64,000 bases of DNA from Octopus sinensis (lineage: Eukaryota): positions 63,426,001 through 63,490,000 of the forward strand of contig NC_043005.1 of NCBI RefSeq assembly GCF_006345805.1, in the 5' to 3' direction. Under the pieces are notes generated by a model that saw nothing but the letters and a program-made list of their open reading frames with translations, was not told the origin of the DNA and did not search any database. Made by a program: the position numbers and the translations under genes. Below, one piece after another: positions 12,436 through 24,510 of the stretch. Position 1 is the stretch's first letter. Each line of letters opens with the position of its first letter.

Positions 12436-12474
<39 letters not shown>

Positions 12475-12909
12475 TACGACGGGCTTCTTTCAGTTTCTGT
12501 CTACCAAATCCACTCACAAGGCTTTGGTCAGCCCGAGGCTATAGTAGAAACACTTCCCCAAGGTGCCACACAGTGGGACTAAACCCGGAACCATGTGGTT
12601 GGTAAACAAGCTACTTACCACACAGCCACTCCTGCACCTATATATCTATATATTTATACATACATACACACACATATATACTCTGCTGTGTGGTTGGTGT
12701 TAGGAAGGGCATCCAGCTGTAAAAACTATACAAAGCATCAGAAGTCTGGTGCAGTTTTCTGCCTGGTCAGCTCCTGTCAAACCATCCAACCCATGCCAGC
12801 ATGAAAGGCAGACATTAAACAATGATGATGATGATATATAAGTATGTATGTCTGAATGTATATACACATGCAACCATTTATATGTATGTGCATGTGTATT
12901 ATGTGCATG

Positions 12910-12995
<86 letters not shown>

Positions 12996-13348
12996 TATAT
13001 ATATACATATATATATACATATTAGAGGGAAACCACTATGTGGAAACCCTTATGCTAGAAATAGATCCGCTATGGTCTTACCACTAAGAAATGTTCAGAA
13101 GAAAAAAATTAGCAAAACAACCAAAATGTAATCGAGCAAGACAAAAGAAAAAGCAATAAAAATATGGATTATTCGCATACATGTTTCACTATTAACATAT
13201 TACGTAATTTTACTTACATAAATGTCTGTAGATCATCGGTGTAACCATCCAGATGAATATAATTTGCAGGACTGCATACTAGGAAATCCGCACAAAGTCA
13301 GATTTGTATACAGTTCTACTCTTAACACTCGTGGTTACTATTTCAGAT

Positions 13349-13365
<17 letters not shown>
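11487..13365. repeat. Near-identical ~930-bp direct tandem duplication
   Basis: Anchors at 11548/12477, 12091/13025 and 12407/13341. Outside the microsatellites I see only a 1-bp indel. Breakpoints lie in (CA)n(TA)n tracts. Confidence 0.9.
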
Positions 13366-13379
<14 letters not shown>

Positions 13380-13717
13380 CCAATATACATTCAAATATAT
13401 ATGTATATACATATATGCTTATATGTATACATACACACACACACACACATATAGTTATATGTATATGTGTATATATGCCTGTTTCAGACATCTTTTGTTC
13501 AGTATATTTAATTATGTAATATTTGGCATGTTCAAATTCCATTCTTTGACTTTACATAAATAGAAAAGAAAAGAATTAATTTGCAATGGCAGCAAACTAA
13601 CAGAAACAGTAAAGTCTTCTTTTCATAGGTTATTAATCTATTCTTTGAGGATGGCGTGAATTATTTGAATTTCATGATCAAAGATATATCCAACAGGAGG
13701 TGATCACTGTTATTTAC

Positions 13718-13763
13718 TCATAGATAAGGCCGTTTCATCCAGTTCCTGTTGTTGCTTCATTCT
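13718..13763 (-). CDS. Candidate 46-nt coding exon (exon C), phase 0-1, RMKQQQELDETALSM
   Basis: Minus strand: ttgttctgctgtgtttggcaccttcag, exon AGAATG...CTATGA, donor gtaaat (moderate). Only phase 0 is open, and it fits the neighbouring candidate exons. Confidence 0.35.
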
Positions 13764-14232
13764 CTGAAGGTGCCAAACACAGCAGAACAAGTAAATATAA
13801 CAATTATTGATTTTAAAGTACTTCATTGGCCGCAGTATGAAACCATTTCATTTATTTACCTGGGTTGTTTGAGAAGGTTTATGGATGCATTAATTGAGAA
13901 CCAGACAACAAGGCAATCATTTGGTAATTTTTATCCTATCACTACCATGATATTGTAGTCATGAGCAAGATATTTACTTTTTAGTGGCTGTGTCAATTTA
14001 AATTTGTGTAGGTACATTAATTTGGTATAATTCAGGAATATCACCTGTATTTCTATAGCTTAGTAGTAAATCATTTCATGTATTTCTCTCTGGGGCTTAC
14101 ATACAGCTAAGTAGACTGGAGTTTTTGGGCAGGCTTATGGCTGAATCAAGAGGGAAGCAGCTAACCAGCCAAGTATTTCATGATTTTTATATCACCACCA
14201 CCACCACCACCACCACCACCACCAGCCATCCA

Positions 14233-14420
14233 AGAATTTGGACCTGGAGATCTCCATTTCCAGTGACTTCGATGGCCACCTCCCAGTGGTGTTGGGCGTC
14301 AATGAAGAGCCCTCGACAATAACAAGACAACTAAAGTTTTTTTTTTCCAAGGTCTGGGGTCTCCCGCCCCCTAAGCCCTAGACCATCACCTAATCACCCT
14401 TACCTGTCTTGTTACTTAAC
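14233..14420. other. Unclassified ~185-nt structured dispersed element, copy 1
   Basis: First 85 nt match 16274-16358 at 82/85 positions; multiple internal stems; flanked by (CAC)n and (CAA)n. Confidence 0.8.
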
Positions 14421-14859
14421 AACAACAATAACCACTACCAACAACAACAACACTCTACTGTGCAGGTGGCAAGTTATTTAACATAGAGTGGTATAATATA
14501 TTAAGGCAGTGGTTGCAGTGTGGGATTCGTATGCAACATGTTTTTTTGGTATACATGTCAACACAGTGTAAACATGTGGTGTAAGCAATCAAAAATTGTC
14601 ACTATCTTTCCGTCTTGGTATATAAATTAACCTGTGTTGTTTGGCTGCATATTTTGGCCAGAAAATTTCAAATGTATGCCAGAAAATACAATAATTTTCT
14701 GGCTTGAATTGAATTACTGATATAAGGAATACATCAGAGATCTACCCAAGGTGAGATTGATCTCTCAGTTGCTTGATGTATTGGATATCAGAAATAAAGA
14801 CCTGTGGGATTTTGAAAATTGCTTCGCAAGACACTTGAGAGTTAATAATTTTGGCTATT

Positions 14860-15195
14860 GGGTTAGGCCACCCTTTGGTCATAAATGACCATGGGATTGC
14901 ACCTTGAAAGTTCTCCTCCAAGGCACAAGTCCAGGCAAAAGTTGTTTATGGAAGACCAGCAGTCACCCTAACATAGCAGCCTTCCTTCTCTGTGCCACCA
15001 ATATTATCCAAAGGAAAGGTAAAGGCCAATACAGCTTGGCATCAGTGACATCGCTGCTCATTTCTACAGCTAGGTGAACTGGAGCAGCGTGAAGTAAAGA
15101 GTGTTGCTCAAGAACACAACACAGCCTGGTCTGGGAATCAAACTTACAACCTCATGATTGTGAGTGAGCCAAACGCTCTAACCACTGAGCCTTCA
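14860..15195 (-). mobile_element. tRNA-derived SINE family E
   Basis: Ends in ctctaaccactgagcc (reverse-complement A box); body ggtcataaatgaccatgggattgcacc is shared with 34668 and 5628. Confidence 0.8.
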
Positions 15196-16273
15196 ATCTG
15201 TCAAATCATTATTGGATAATTATCGATCAATTATCTATTGAATTCGGACCTAAGACCAACAGTCTAAATACTTAAGAAAATTTGCTTTTTGTCCCTCTAT
15301 ATTTTTATTTAAACTCTTTGTTGACCGAGTCACTACTTTCCATTTAGTACATCTGGAGTTCAATGAAATAGCTATCTATATGTTACTTCATCCTGTTGTT
15401 AGTGTTGTTGTTATGGTGATATTTTACATCTTTATTTCATTTTAATATGTTAGAAACACTGCAGCTATTTGGCTGCAACACAATTTCATTGCATGCCACC
15501 TTGTTTGATGGCTGAAATTTTATTTTGTTTGGAAACATTAAAATCTCAGCTATTCATGTGTTTTCAAATCAAAAATAAAATTCCACCCATCAAGCAAAGG
15601 AGGCTGCAATGGGAATGCATAGTGTTCAAGTGGTTTCAATAATTATAACACGTGAAAGCTGAAATGAGCCATGAATTTCACAATAGTGCTATGCCATGAT
15701 TATAATCAAAACACTTAACACCCAAATGCTGAATCTGTATAACTATGAATTGACAAAACTATGGTGTATAGTTCACCCACGAACAGATTAAGTGTAATTG
15801 ACAATCTAAGCACAGCTCCAAGGAATCTTGAATTTTTTTTCTCTAACAAGTAAAGCATTAAAATATTATGTGCTGAAAGAAACAATAAAAAATTCAGTTT
15901 TTATTCCAGGCTGCCTTCAAGGCAATACCCCACAACTATGTTCAATATATTTTAAATTTTATTTATCTAAACACTAAATAACAGAAAGTAATATAGGAAG
16001 ATTATTTACATACAACCAAAGCAACATGGAAAAATTTTCAACACTTATCTGTTGATCACTGGTTGAGCTGCAGTATTCCCTTCATTGTAAATCATACAAC
16101 TTGCAAAAGCTCTGTGATGCTTCCTTCTCTTGGTGCTCTAAGCATGTACTCACTTTGCTAAATGGTTACTTTAGGTTTACTAAGCTACTGCAATACTGTA
16201 AAATTTGACTAGTGATTTCTGAGCTTGCACCACCAGCACCATCATCATCATCAGCAGCAGCAGCAGCAATTCC

Positions 16274-16458
16274 AGAATTTGGACCTGGAGATCTCCATTT
16301 CCAGTGACTTCGAGGGCCACCTCCCAGTGGTGTCGGGCGTCAACGAAGAGCCCTCGACTATAAGATGACCAAAGTTTTTTTTTTTCCCAAGGTCTGGGGT
16401 TTTCCGCCCCTAAGCCCTAGATTATCATCTAATCGCCCTTACCCATCTTGTTGCTCAA
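16274..16458. other. Unclassified ~185-nt structured dispersed element, copy 2
   Basis: Direct-orientation homologue of 14233-14420; flanked by (CAT)(CAG)n and (CAA)(CAG). Confidence 0.8.
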
Positions 16459-17510
16459 CAACAGCAGCATCACTACCACCATCAATACCATTACTGCCTC
16501 AGCAGCAATAGCATTTACTTTTCCGTGTAGTGTAAATTGGATAGTTTCTTTGAGGCAGTGATTTATGGAAGAATGTTCATCCTATAGCCATCCCTTTTAG
16601 CCACTTCTTACATCAAGGAGGAATGCCTACTTCTCTCAAGTTTTCATCACAATGCAGTGTGCAAATTTTCTTTGCTCAGATAACTGATAATCCATTCTTA
16701 TAAAAAGAAGCAAGGTTAAATAATCCAATGTTTCAAAGAAAAGCAGTTACAAAAAAAAGACTAACAGAAACATTAGGGTCACTTTCATTACGTATACTCT
16801 ACCCATGACAAGAATTAGCCTTACATTTGAAGATACCAATATATTATTGAGCTAACTAAAGAATCTCTAAGTGATGATACAACCTGCTAGAAATTGCAGC
16901 TAATCTCTCTCAACCCACCACCTTCCATCTTAAAAAAGAGGAAACATTAGAGATAATAGTCAAAATATACTGTTTAGGGAAAAAAGGCAGGAATATAATA
17001 GTTTGAATGTCTTTGGTCATAAGTTTGTTGAGAGCTGATATGGCTCTAAACAACAACAACAACAACAACAGCAGCAGCAAGGAGATTAAGATCTTTATAT
17101 AAGTTTACTTTTCCTGTTTACATAAACCTTATCTGGTGTGTCATGGATTTCCAGAATTTTAGGAAATACTTTTGAAGTGGCAGCATTTTCTAAAATTTCT
17201 GATTGCATGCTTAAATAATTAGATGAGGCTTTAAAGCTGTTTGACATTGAAATCTTTTCTGCCATTTACAACTCACATCATCTCATGGCATAACAACAAG
17301 ATCTGCTTGAATTTTTTCCAGTTTATTCTATTCATTCTAAAGTTAATATTATTCTCCTTTAATTACCAAACACGAGCTGTTGTTTTTTCTTGTAATGAAG
17401 GAAGTACTGTGCATCTGTGCTTGAAACTTGTATCATCTTTCTTCCATTCCTACATAGCATTTGGTATTAGTTCATCTGTTTAGATGGGTAGGGTAAGATG
17501 TCTATCTTTT

Positions 17511-17553
<43 letters not shown>

Positions 17554-17689
17554 CTCTCTCTCTCTTTCTTATACATACATGCACAAATTTAAATTTATTT
17601 AATTATTTATTCAAAACCAAGTTTCATTCTGCCTTTTCTCCAAGCTTCCCATATATTTCTTCATTTTTGACATACACCAATGACAGCTC

Positions 17690-18030
17690 TGAACCTTATG
17701 AAGGAGATGATAGAGGACCAAAATATATGGCTCGTTGTTGTGCTCAAGAAGACCTCCCCTCTACAACAGAATTGAGATCCTAAAACCAAGGTGTCACATA
17801 AAAAGCCTTGGTGTGATTGCTGGTGTCACATAAAAAGCACTGATGCTGGTACCACATAAAAGGCATTTGTGATTGTGCCACATGAAAAACAACCAGTATA
17901 CTCTGTAAAGTGGTTGGTGTTAGAAAGGGGCATCCAGCTGTAGAAAACAGACTATGGAGCCTGGTGTGGCCCCTTGCCTTTCCAGTTCTTGTCAAGCCAT
18001 CCAACCCATGCCAGCTTGGAAACTGGATGT
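17690..18030 (+). mobile_element. RTE 3'-UTR-derived repeat (tandem ggcacataaaaagcac units plus tail)
   Basis: gtggttggtgttagaaaggggcatccagctgtagaaa...ccatccaacccatgccagc matches the 3' UTR of the RTE at 62250-62592. Confidence 0.75.
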
Positions 18031-18859
18031 TTGGCTTGTTCTCTGATATCCCACTGACCTAACCATTAGTGCTGTCTTAATGCACTCTATGCAATGTCAA
18101 AAAAACTAGCATGTAGCAAAATTTTAGGCAGGCCCACCAAAATCCTAAGTCCAAGAGAATTTTGCTTTCAAAACTTTCACTGTGCTATTGAATATATTAT
18201 TATATAAAAGATTTGCTAAGGGCTTATATAAACTCGTTATATACTTCTCATTATAAATGAGTAGAGTGCTCTTGCACAGTTATAAGAAATTTTCATTTTC
18301 TAACTCTAAATACAAACATTTTCATCCAGTGGTCAAAGTGTAATGGTCTAATGATAGACTAATGAAAGGCTAAATTGAATGGTCAAATCACATGGATGTG
18401 GTAATTACAAACTACTAGTTGGGTTATTGCAAATGGTAAATAAGAAATTGTGTTGTATCTAAAAGAAAATATTTCATTACTTATGAAGGACTAAGGGAAG
18501 AAGTAAATGGCTGAACTAGTAGAATGGCAACAGATTAAAAGCTGTTGTACTATGAAGCGAGTTGAGAGGAGGCTTGATTTATGTATAGGAATATAATTTA
18601 TTGCTATATACACACAGAAAGTTTTCTTGCAATACAAGCAAAGGGATATTCAGATGAAACAATGTAAATGACAAGAGCAGAAAGTCTTCATCAGAAATAC
18701 AATATTTGGGCAAATTTTTAAACATCAGTACATATTCCTGTTGCCATTGTGGTTAAAAGATGGGTGAATGTAGCAAGGATGGCACGTGTGAATGATGGAG
18801 CCAGCTTGAGCATAATCCTATGAACCAAAAGAAAAAAAGAAAAAATGAAAGGAAAAAAG

Positions 18860-19125
18860 AGAGCCACTTACTGTAATGTGTTTTCTTTTTGCATGACACT
18901 ATTGCCCAAGGTTCTCGTGGTCTTTTCCGTAGGCTTTTCTATCCACGGACAAACCTAATATACTTTCCCTTTTTACATTGACATTTCTGTGATACACAAT
19001 CCTCATTCATCGGTCCCACTTTTTTTTTCTTGATCCCTTTTGATCGGAATTCGACACCTTCTATTTTTTTTCTTTCTCTTCTTCACTTCTGTGTTCAGCT
19101 CTGCATGGCCAATAAAGAAATCTAC
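18860..19125 (+). mobile_element. Probable L1/Tx1-like LINE 3' UTR fragment
   Basis: Pyrimidine-rich CpG-bearing segment ending gtgttcagctctgcatggccAATAAAgaaat (poly(A) signal). Family assignment is by resemblance only. Confidence 0.4.
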
Positions 19126-19779
19126 CACGCAAGGTTGAATATGTAGCTGTGAAAACAACTATGTCTTGTGAGTGAATGCCATCAACAACCAGAATCATTC
19201 TGAGGCTTACATGCTCAAATGCTCTGTAATTGTAGGCTCTGTTCATGGAATGTTCTAGTCATGCCATCAGACTATCACATGAACAACAACTGGGTTTGCA
19301 CACATGATCAGCTTGTGATTTCTATGCGGCAAATGGGTTGAATCCAACTCCAATAACTATTTTAATTTCCCATTTTTAAGTTCTGATTCAAATTTTGCTG
19401 AGGCCAATTTTAACTTGCATCTTTGTAGAGGTTGATAATATAAAGTGCCAATCACATGCCAAGTTGATTTAATTGACTGTTCCTTCTCCCCAAATCTGTG
19501 GTCTGTGCTCAAGTTACAAATAATTGCTTGCTAATTTGTAAATATACATTTTTTTTTGTAGTTCAGAGTCTAACTTTACATGCAAATGACCTCAGATACA
19601 GGAGAATTAGTAGCACATATATGTAAGGAACAGTAGTACATCAACCATACCGAAGCTTGCTGCCTTATGTGTCTTATAATGTGAGAAGCTGAGTCTCACA
19701 GAGGTGATGACAAATAACTGAGATTTTGGACAACTTGCTATGCTTGAAAAGACTTGTCAATCTGAGTGAAATCATTGTC

Positions 19780-20045
19780 ATGGCCAGTGCTAGTGACACA
19801 TAAGAGGAACCTGTACTGGTGACACATAAAAGCCACTCATGCCAGAGACACATAAAAGCACCTGGTACACTCTGTGAAGTGGTTGGCATTAGGAAGGGCA
19901 TGCACCTGTAGAAACCAAACCAAAACAGACTGGAGCCTGCTGCAGATTTCCAGCTTACCAATACCAGTTAAACCATCTAACCTATGCCAGCATGGAAATG
20001 ATGATGATGGTGGTGGTGTTGGTAGTGGTGATGACGATGACAATG
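19780..20045 (+). mobile_element. RTE 3'-UTR-derived repeat with (GAT)n tail
   Basis: Same motif set as 62250-62592. Confidence 0.75.
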
Positions 20046-20114
20046 ATGATTGGATCTCTGTTGTTTTCTATGATGAGTATTCATTTGTTCAATCAACTGA
20101 ACTACCTGCATTTG

Positions 20115-20420
20115 AATGGCACATAGCCTAATGGTTAGAGCAGTGGACTTGCGGTCGAGGGATCGCGGGTTCGAATCTCAGACTGGGTGATGTGTGTGTT
20201 TATGAGCAAAACACCTAAGCTCCATGTGGCTCCGGCAGAAGGTAATGGCAAACTTCTGCTGCCTCCTTCGCCACAACTTTCTCTCACTCTTTCCTCCTGC
20301 ATCTTGCAGCTCACCTGTGACGGACTGGTATCCTGTCCAGGTGGGGAACCTATATGCCAAGGAAACTGGGAAACCGGCCCTTATGAGCCAGGGATGGCTC
20401 GAGAAGGAACAAACAAAAAA
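20115..20420 (+). mobile_element. tRNA-derived SINE family D
   Basis: Head tagcctaatggttagagc ... gggttcgaatctc; tail aaggaacaaacaaaa; inverse of 9065-9330. Confidence 0.85.
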
Positions 20421-22261
20421 AAAACCTTTGAATGACTGAACAGTCCATTGATATGTGCATTCCCAAAATAATTCTCAGATAGAATCAACATGACAGTGTG
20501 ACAAAACTAAGCTTTTAAATTATAGGTACAATCCATCTGACAGGCTCTCATTATCTCTGTCTACTCAGATTCTTTCACAAGGCTTGGGTAGAACTGAAGC
20601 TGTGACAACAGACACCTGTAGAAATTGCCCTGCAGTAGAAATGAACCCAGAACTTTGTGATTGTTCATCAAACTTCTAAAACATTCAGCTATGCAGTGTC
20701 CATATATTTTGTATGTGTAAATGTTCTGAAATGTGAAGATGTTACTGTTTAACAAAATATCTGTTGAATACATGATTCCAGCATTTAAATTTAGAAATAT
20801 TGATTTTTACAAGCACACACTTGTATGGGAAGAATATAATAAAATTATATGTTGGTGGTAGTTGGTTTAGTAACTTACATGTAATGAAAGACAAAATCGA
20901 CTCTAACAGATTTTGAGTTGAAAAATCCAGAGATCAAATGCTGTGAAAAAAAAGAAGAAAAAACTTATACCAGTATTCTGTCATTTCAAATACTCCACTA
21001 CACTTCCTAAACTTCCTAAACTATAAGACAGATTTGGCATAGATTTTAAAATGTGTATCAATATAAGAAAGAACAAATAGTTTCAAAATAGATTCATTGA
21101 ATTACTTCACTAGTTTGTTCAGGATCATGAAAACATATATTGAAAAACTCTTTCGAAATATATTTTTTTAGATATACATCCCTTCTCAATGTATAGTTAG
21201 ATTTGGCCTGTTATCATAATTAACCTATAAACCATTTATTTCTTTAAAGCAACTGAATTTAATTTTTTTTTTGTCAAGCGGTTTAATGTTTAGCATAAAA
21301 TGTATGCTAACACATGCATAAACATCACTTCAAAGGAACACATTTGTCTTTTTTTATTCTTTATACCACAAATAATTTCAAATTTTAAATTTGCCAAAAG
21401 GTTCATTTGATCGGCAGCTCATTTTAGCATTGTGTGGCTGACAGATAACATTACCATGAATTAATCTCTGTGAAGGTGAATTCCCTATGTTTTGGTACCT
21501 ATTTACAATAGGTGGGTGATAGGTGATGTGAAACATGTTGGGTAAAATGTCCTGCTTTGCATGGGAACAATGTATTTTGCAATAAATGTGCAATACTTGC
21601 TATATTGCACTCCTGTCAGTTGACTAGTTTTTAGTTTTCTTAGCCACTCATCAGTGAAAGAATCGATGTTCTGTTCATGGATTGATTAGTAACTTATCAC
21701 TGTATATCAAGTATGTAAATTAGAAGTCAGATAAACTGCATGTTGTACACTATGAGTGAATAATGGTTTCTATAATATTGATTTAAAATTTTGGCACAAG
21801 GCCAGCAAGTTTAGGGGATTGGGTAAGTTGATTACATCAACCCAGGACTCAAATGGTACTTATTTTATTGACCTCAAAAAGATGGCAGACTTAGGTCGAC
21901 CCCAGCAGAATTTTAAGTCAGAACATAAAAATGGCCAAAATGCTACTAACCAGCATGCTAACAAGTCTGCCAGCTTGCCACATTACTGGTGTCTATAATA
22001 TTATTAGATGTTAATGGTACAAATGAGTAATTTAAGTTTAGACAAGTTTTTGCAATATTAGATTTAACATTGAATGATAGCAGGTATGTCAACCACATAA
22101 CATTGTATTATGTTTCCTTAGTTTTATGGTAATGTTTATGTGATTAGATAATGTAATATTTAAAGTTAATAATGTGTTAGAATAGTAGGGGTTTGCATTA
22201 TCAATGATTTTCTCATTGGGCAACAGATGGGAAGTCCTTCTATCAGTATTATTGATGAAGA

Positions 22262-22745
22262 TGGGGTGAGCTGGCAGAAATGTTAGCATGCTAGGCAAAA
22301 GGCTTAGTGGTATTTTGTCTGTCTTTATGTTCTGAGTTCAAATTCCGCTGAGGTCGACTTTGCCTTTCATCCTTTTAGGGTCAATAAATTAAGTACCAGT
22401 TGATCTAATCAACTGGCCTCCTCCCTAAAATTTCGGGCTTTGTGCCTAGAGTAGAAAAGAATATTACTGATGGAGTTCCTAAAAATTAGTTGATCGAAAT
22501 GAAACAACATTTATGTAAATGAGCAGCAAAGGCAGTGAGCTGGCAGAATCGTTAGCACACAGAGCAAAATGCTAAGTGGCATTTCGTCTGTCTTTACATT
22601 CCGAGTTCAAATTCCACTGAGGTTGACTTTGCAGGTCATCCCTTTGAGATCAATAAAATAAGTACCACGTGAGCACTGGAGTTTATGTAACTGACTTGCC
22701 CCTTCTCCAAAATTACTGGCCTTACGCCAAAACTTGAAATCAACT
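22262..22745 (+). mobile_element. Two tandem, CpG-decayed SINE family B copies (22262-22455 and 22530-22745)
   Basis: ggtgagctggcagaa..gttagca ... gagttcaaattcc ... gtcgactttgcctttcatcc core. Confidence 0.8.
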
Positions 22746-22753
22746 AAATGAGC

Positions 22754-23330
22754 TATTGGGTTGTCTGGAAAGTTCATGCCGATTTTTAGTAGCTTACATT
22801 TCGACTTATTTTAGAACATGGTTCATCCATAAAATAGGATTTGACTACACCTCCATTTAGAGCACAGGTTAAGCTATCTTTTTGTGGAAGAAGGCTTATA
22901 TTCCTATAACCTGTGTTAATTCTGTAACCCTTTAAAATGGAAGATAAGAACATTCACTTTCGGCACTTGATGCATTGGGAACCAGACAAAAATTGCTGCA
23001 GCTCGGCTGGAATGTGTTACCCCACCGTCCATATTCACCGGATATTGCTCTTTCGGATTTCCACTTATTCAGGTCTCTGCAGAATAGTATTAATGGTATG
23101 GTAAAAATTTCAATTCCTTGGATCACATAAAAAGATACCTTGATAAATTCTTTGCCATGAAACCACCTCAATTCTGGGAAGAGGGTATTTTCAAGTTAAA
23201 GGAAAGATGGACACACATTGTGCATCAAAATGGTTCATATTTGGTTGATTAAAAATGTAATGGCAAGTATTATTTATTGACCTTTTTCCTTCCTTTAAAA
23301 ATCGGCACAAACTTTCTGGACAACTCAATA
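22754..23330 (+). mobile_element. Internally deleted mariner DNA transposon
   Basis: TA-ttgggttgtctggaaagttcatgccgatt ... aatcggcacaaactttctggacaactcaa-TA (29-bp TIRs, TA TSD). MEDKNIHFRHLM (ATG at 22937) is joined out of frame to TRQKLLQLGWNVLPHRPYSPDIALSDFHLFRSLQNS, the mariner YSPDLAPSD motif. Confidence 0.9.
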
Positions 23331-23879
23331 TCATTGAGCTTTTAAAGAGCTTATTTGAGAGACTAGTTACATCTAAAGCAACATCAGATAAGTTAACTGA
23401 AGTTAAATTTAGCTGCTACATATATTTTGGGGCCTAAATATTTAAATGAGTGGATAGCAATCTTTCTTAATGAGTTTGATACGTTATATTTGGTATATCT
23501 AAACCACTATCTCTGTATCTCTGAAAATATCATAGCCTATCATAGTAAAGTTCTGGTTAAATACATTTAAGACACATCTTCTTATAAGGTCACATATCTC
23601 TGCACTAGTAGATGACATCATATTTACAATAAAAGAGCATTTTAGGTTAGAATATCTTTTGATTACTTTAGTAGGCCTTACCAAAATAATGTCTTACTGA
23701 CTAATAGTTTCAAGGATAAAATTATCTACTCACCTATAAAAAATTGCCATGATATAATAATTCATAAATCTATTTTCACTCAGTGTTAATAAATAAACAC
23801 TTCTCACCAGAGTACAAATATAGTAAGCTTTTAATAGGTTTAACAATAAGTTAAGCTAAAGTTGCACTGTGGAATGATG

Positions 23880-24240
23880 GTAGCCAGTAATTTTAGAGGA
23901 AGGGTAAGTCAATTATATTGACTCCAGTGTTCAACTGGTACTTATTTCATCAACCCCAAAATGATGAAAGGCACAGTTGACCTTGGCAGAATTTGAACTC
24001 AGAACCTAAAGACAAGCCAATATATTCTTTTCTACTCTAGGCACAAGGTTAGAAATTTCAGAGGAGGGGGCCAGTTGACTAGATCTACCCCAGTACACAA
24101 CTGGTATTTAATTTATAGACCCAAAAGAAAGAAAGGCAAAGTCAACCTCGGCAGAATTTAAACTCAGAACATAAAGACAGATGAAATACCACTAAGAATT
24201 TTGTCTGGTATGCTAACATTTCTGCCAGCTCACCACCTTT
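23880..24240 (-). mobile_element. Two tandem SINE family B copies
   Basis: gatgaaaggcacagttgaccttggcagaatttgaactcagaac and aaaggcaaagtcaacctcggcagaatttaaactcagaac. Confidence 0.75.
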
Positions 24241-24482
24241 GATAGCCAATATATCAAAACACCAGAATGTACCATAGATCATTCTGTTCTATATTCTGTC
24301 ATTTGGCAGGTACTTCACTCTTGGAAGTTGAAATTTTGATGTAGTTAAGTTTATTTTTTTTTCCTTATTGCCAAAGTTGATAAAATAATTACATTATCAA
24401 GACAATGATCGCACCTCCAGATGTCTGTTCTCCTGGTTAATTACCTGCATAGGTCTACAACATCTAGATAATTCCCACTCAC

Positions 24483-24510
24483 CTGACAATTGCTTCCTGG
24501 ACCATTTCTC
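24483..24510 (-). CDS. Candidate 28-nt coding exon (exon B), phase 2-0, (M)RNGPGSNCQ
   Basis: Minus strand: ttgtactttctcttaattag, exon GAGAAATGG...TGTCAG, strong donor gtgagt. All three frames are open; phase chosen to fit the chain. Confidence 0.4.

Noticed and set aside
1867-13542. Numerous ORFs rich in Y/I/H/T/C/V (also at 50231-50710 and 54051-54381)
   Set aside because: They are translations of (TA)n, (CA)n and (TATG)n microsatellites, which lack stops in some frames.
14727-14785. Hairpin aatacatca-gagatc / gatctc...tgatgtatt as a pre-miRNA
   Set aside because: A 9-nt bulge and short arms are incompatible with a Drosha/Dicer hairpin.
14233-16458. HDV-like ribozyme or telomerase-template assignment for the twin element
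   Set aside because: P2, P3 and a CC-containing loop can be drawn, but P1 pairs only 4 of 5 and J4/2 is too long. ccctaagccctag is not the CUAACCCUAA template. Left unclassified.
18732-18817. Minus-strand exon after a strong pyrimidine tract (DYAQAGSIIH... or IMLKLAPSF...)
   Set aside because: No good donor, the tract may belong to the adjacent LINE fragment, and the phase does not fit exon C. It could be an alternative terminal exon but is unsupported.
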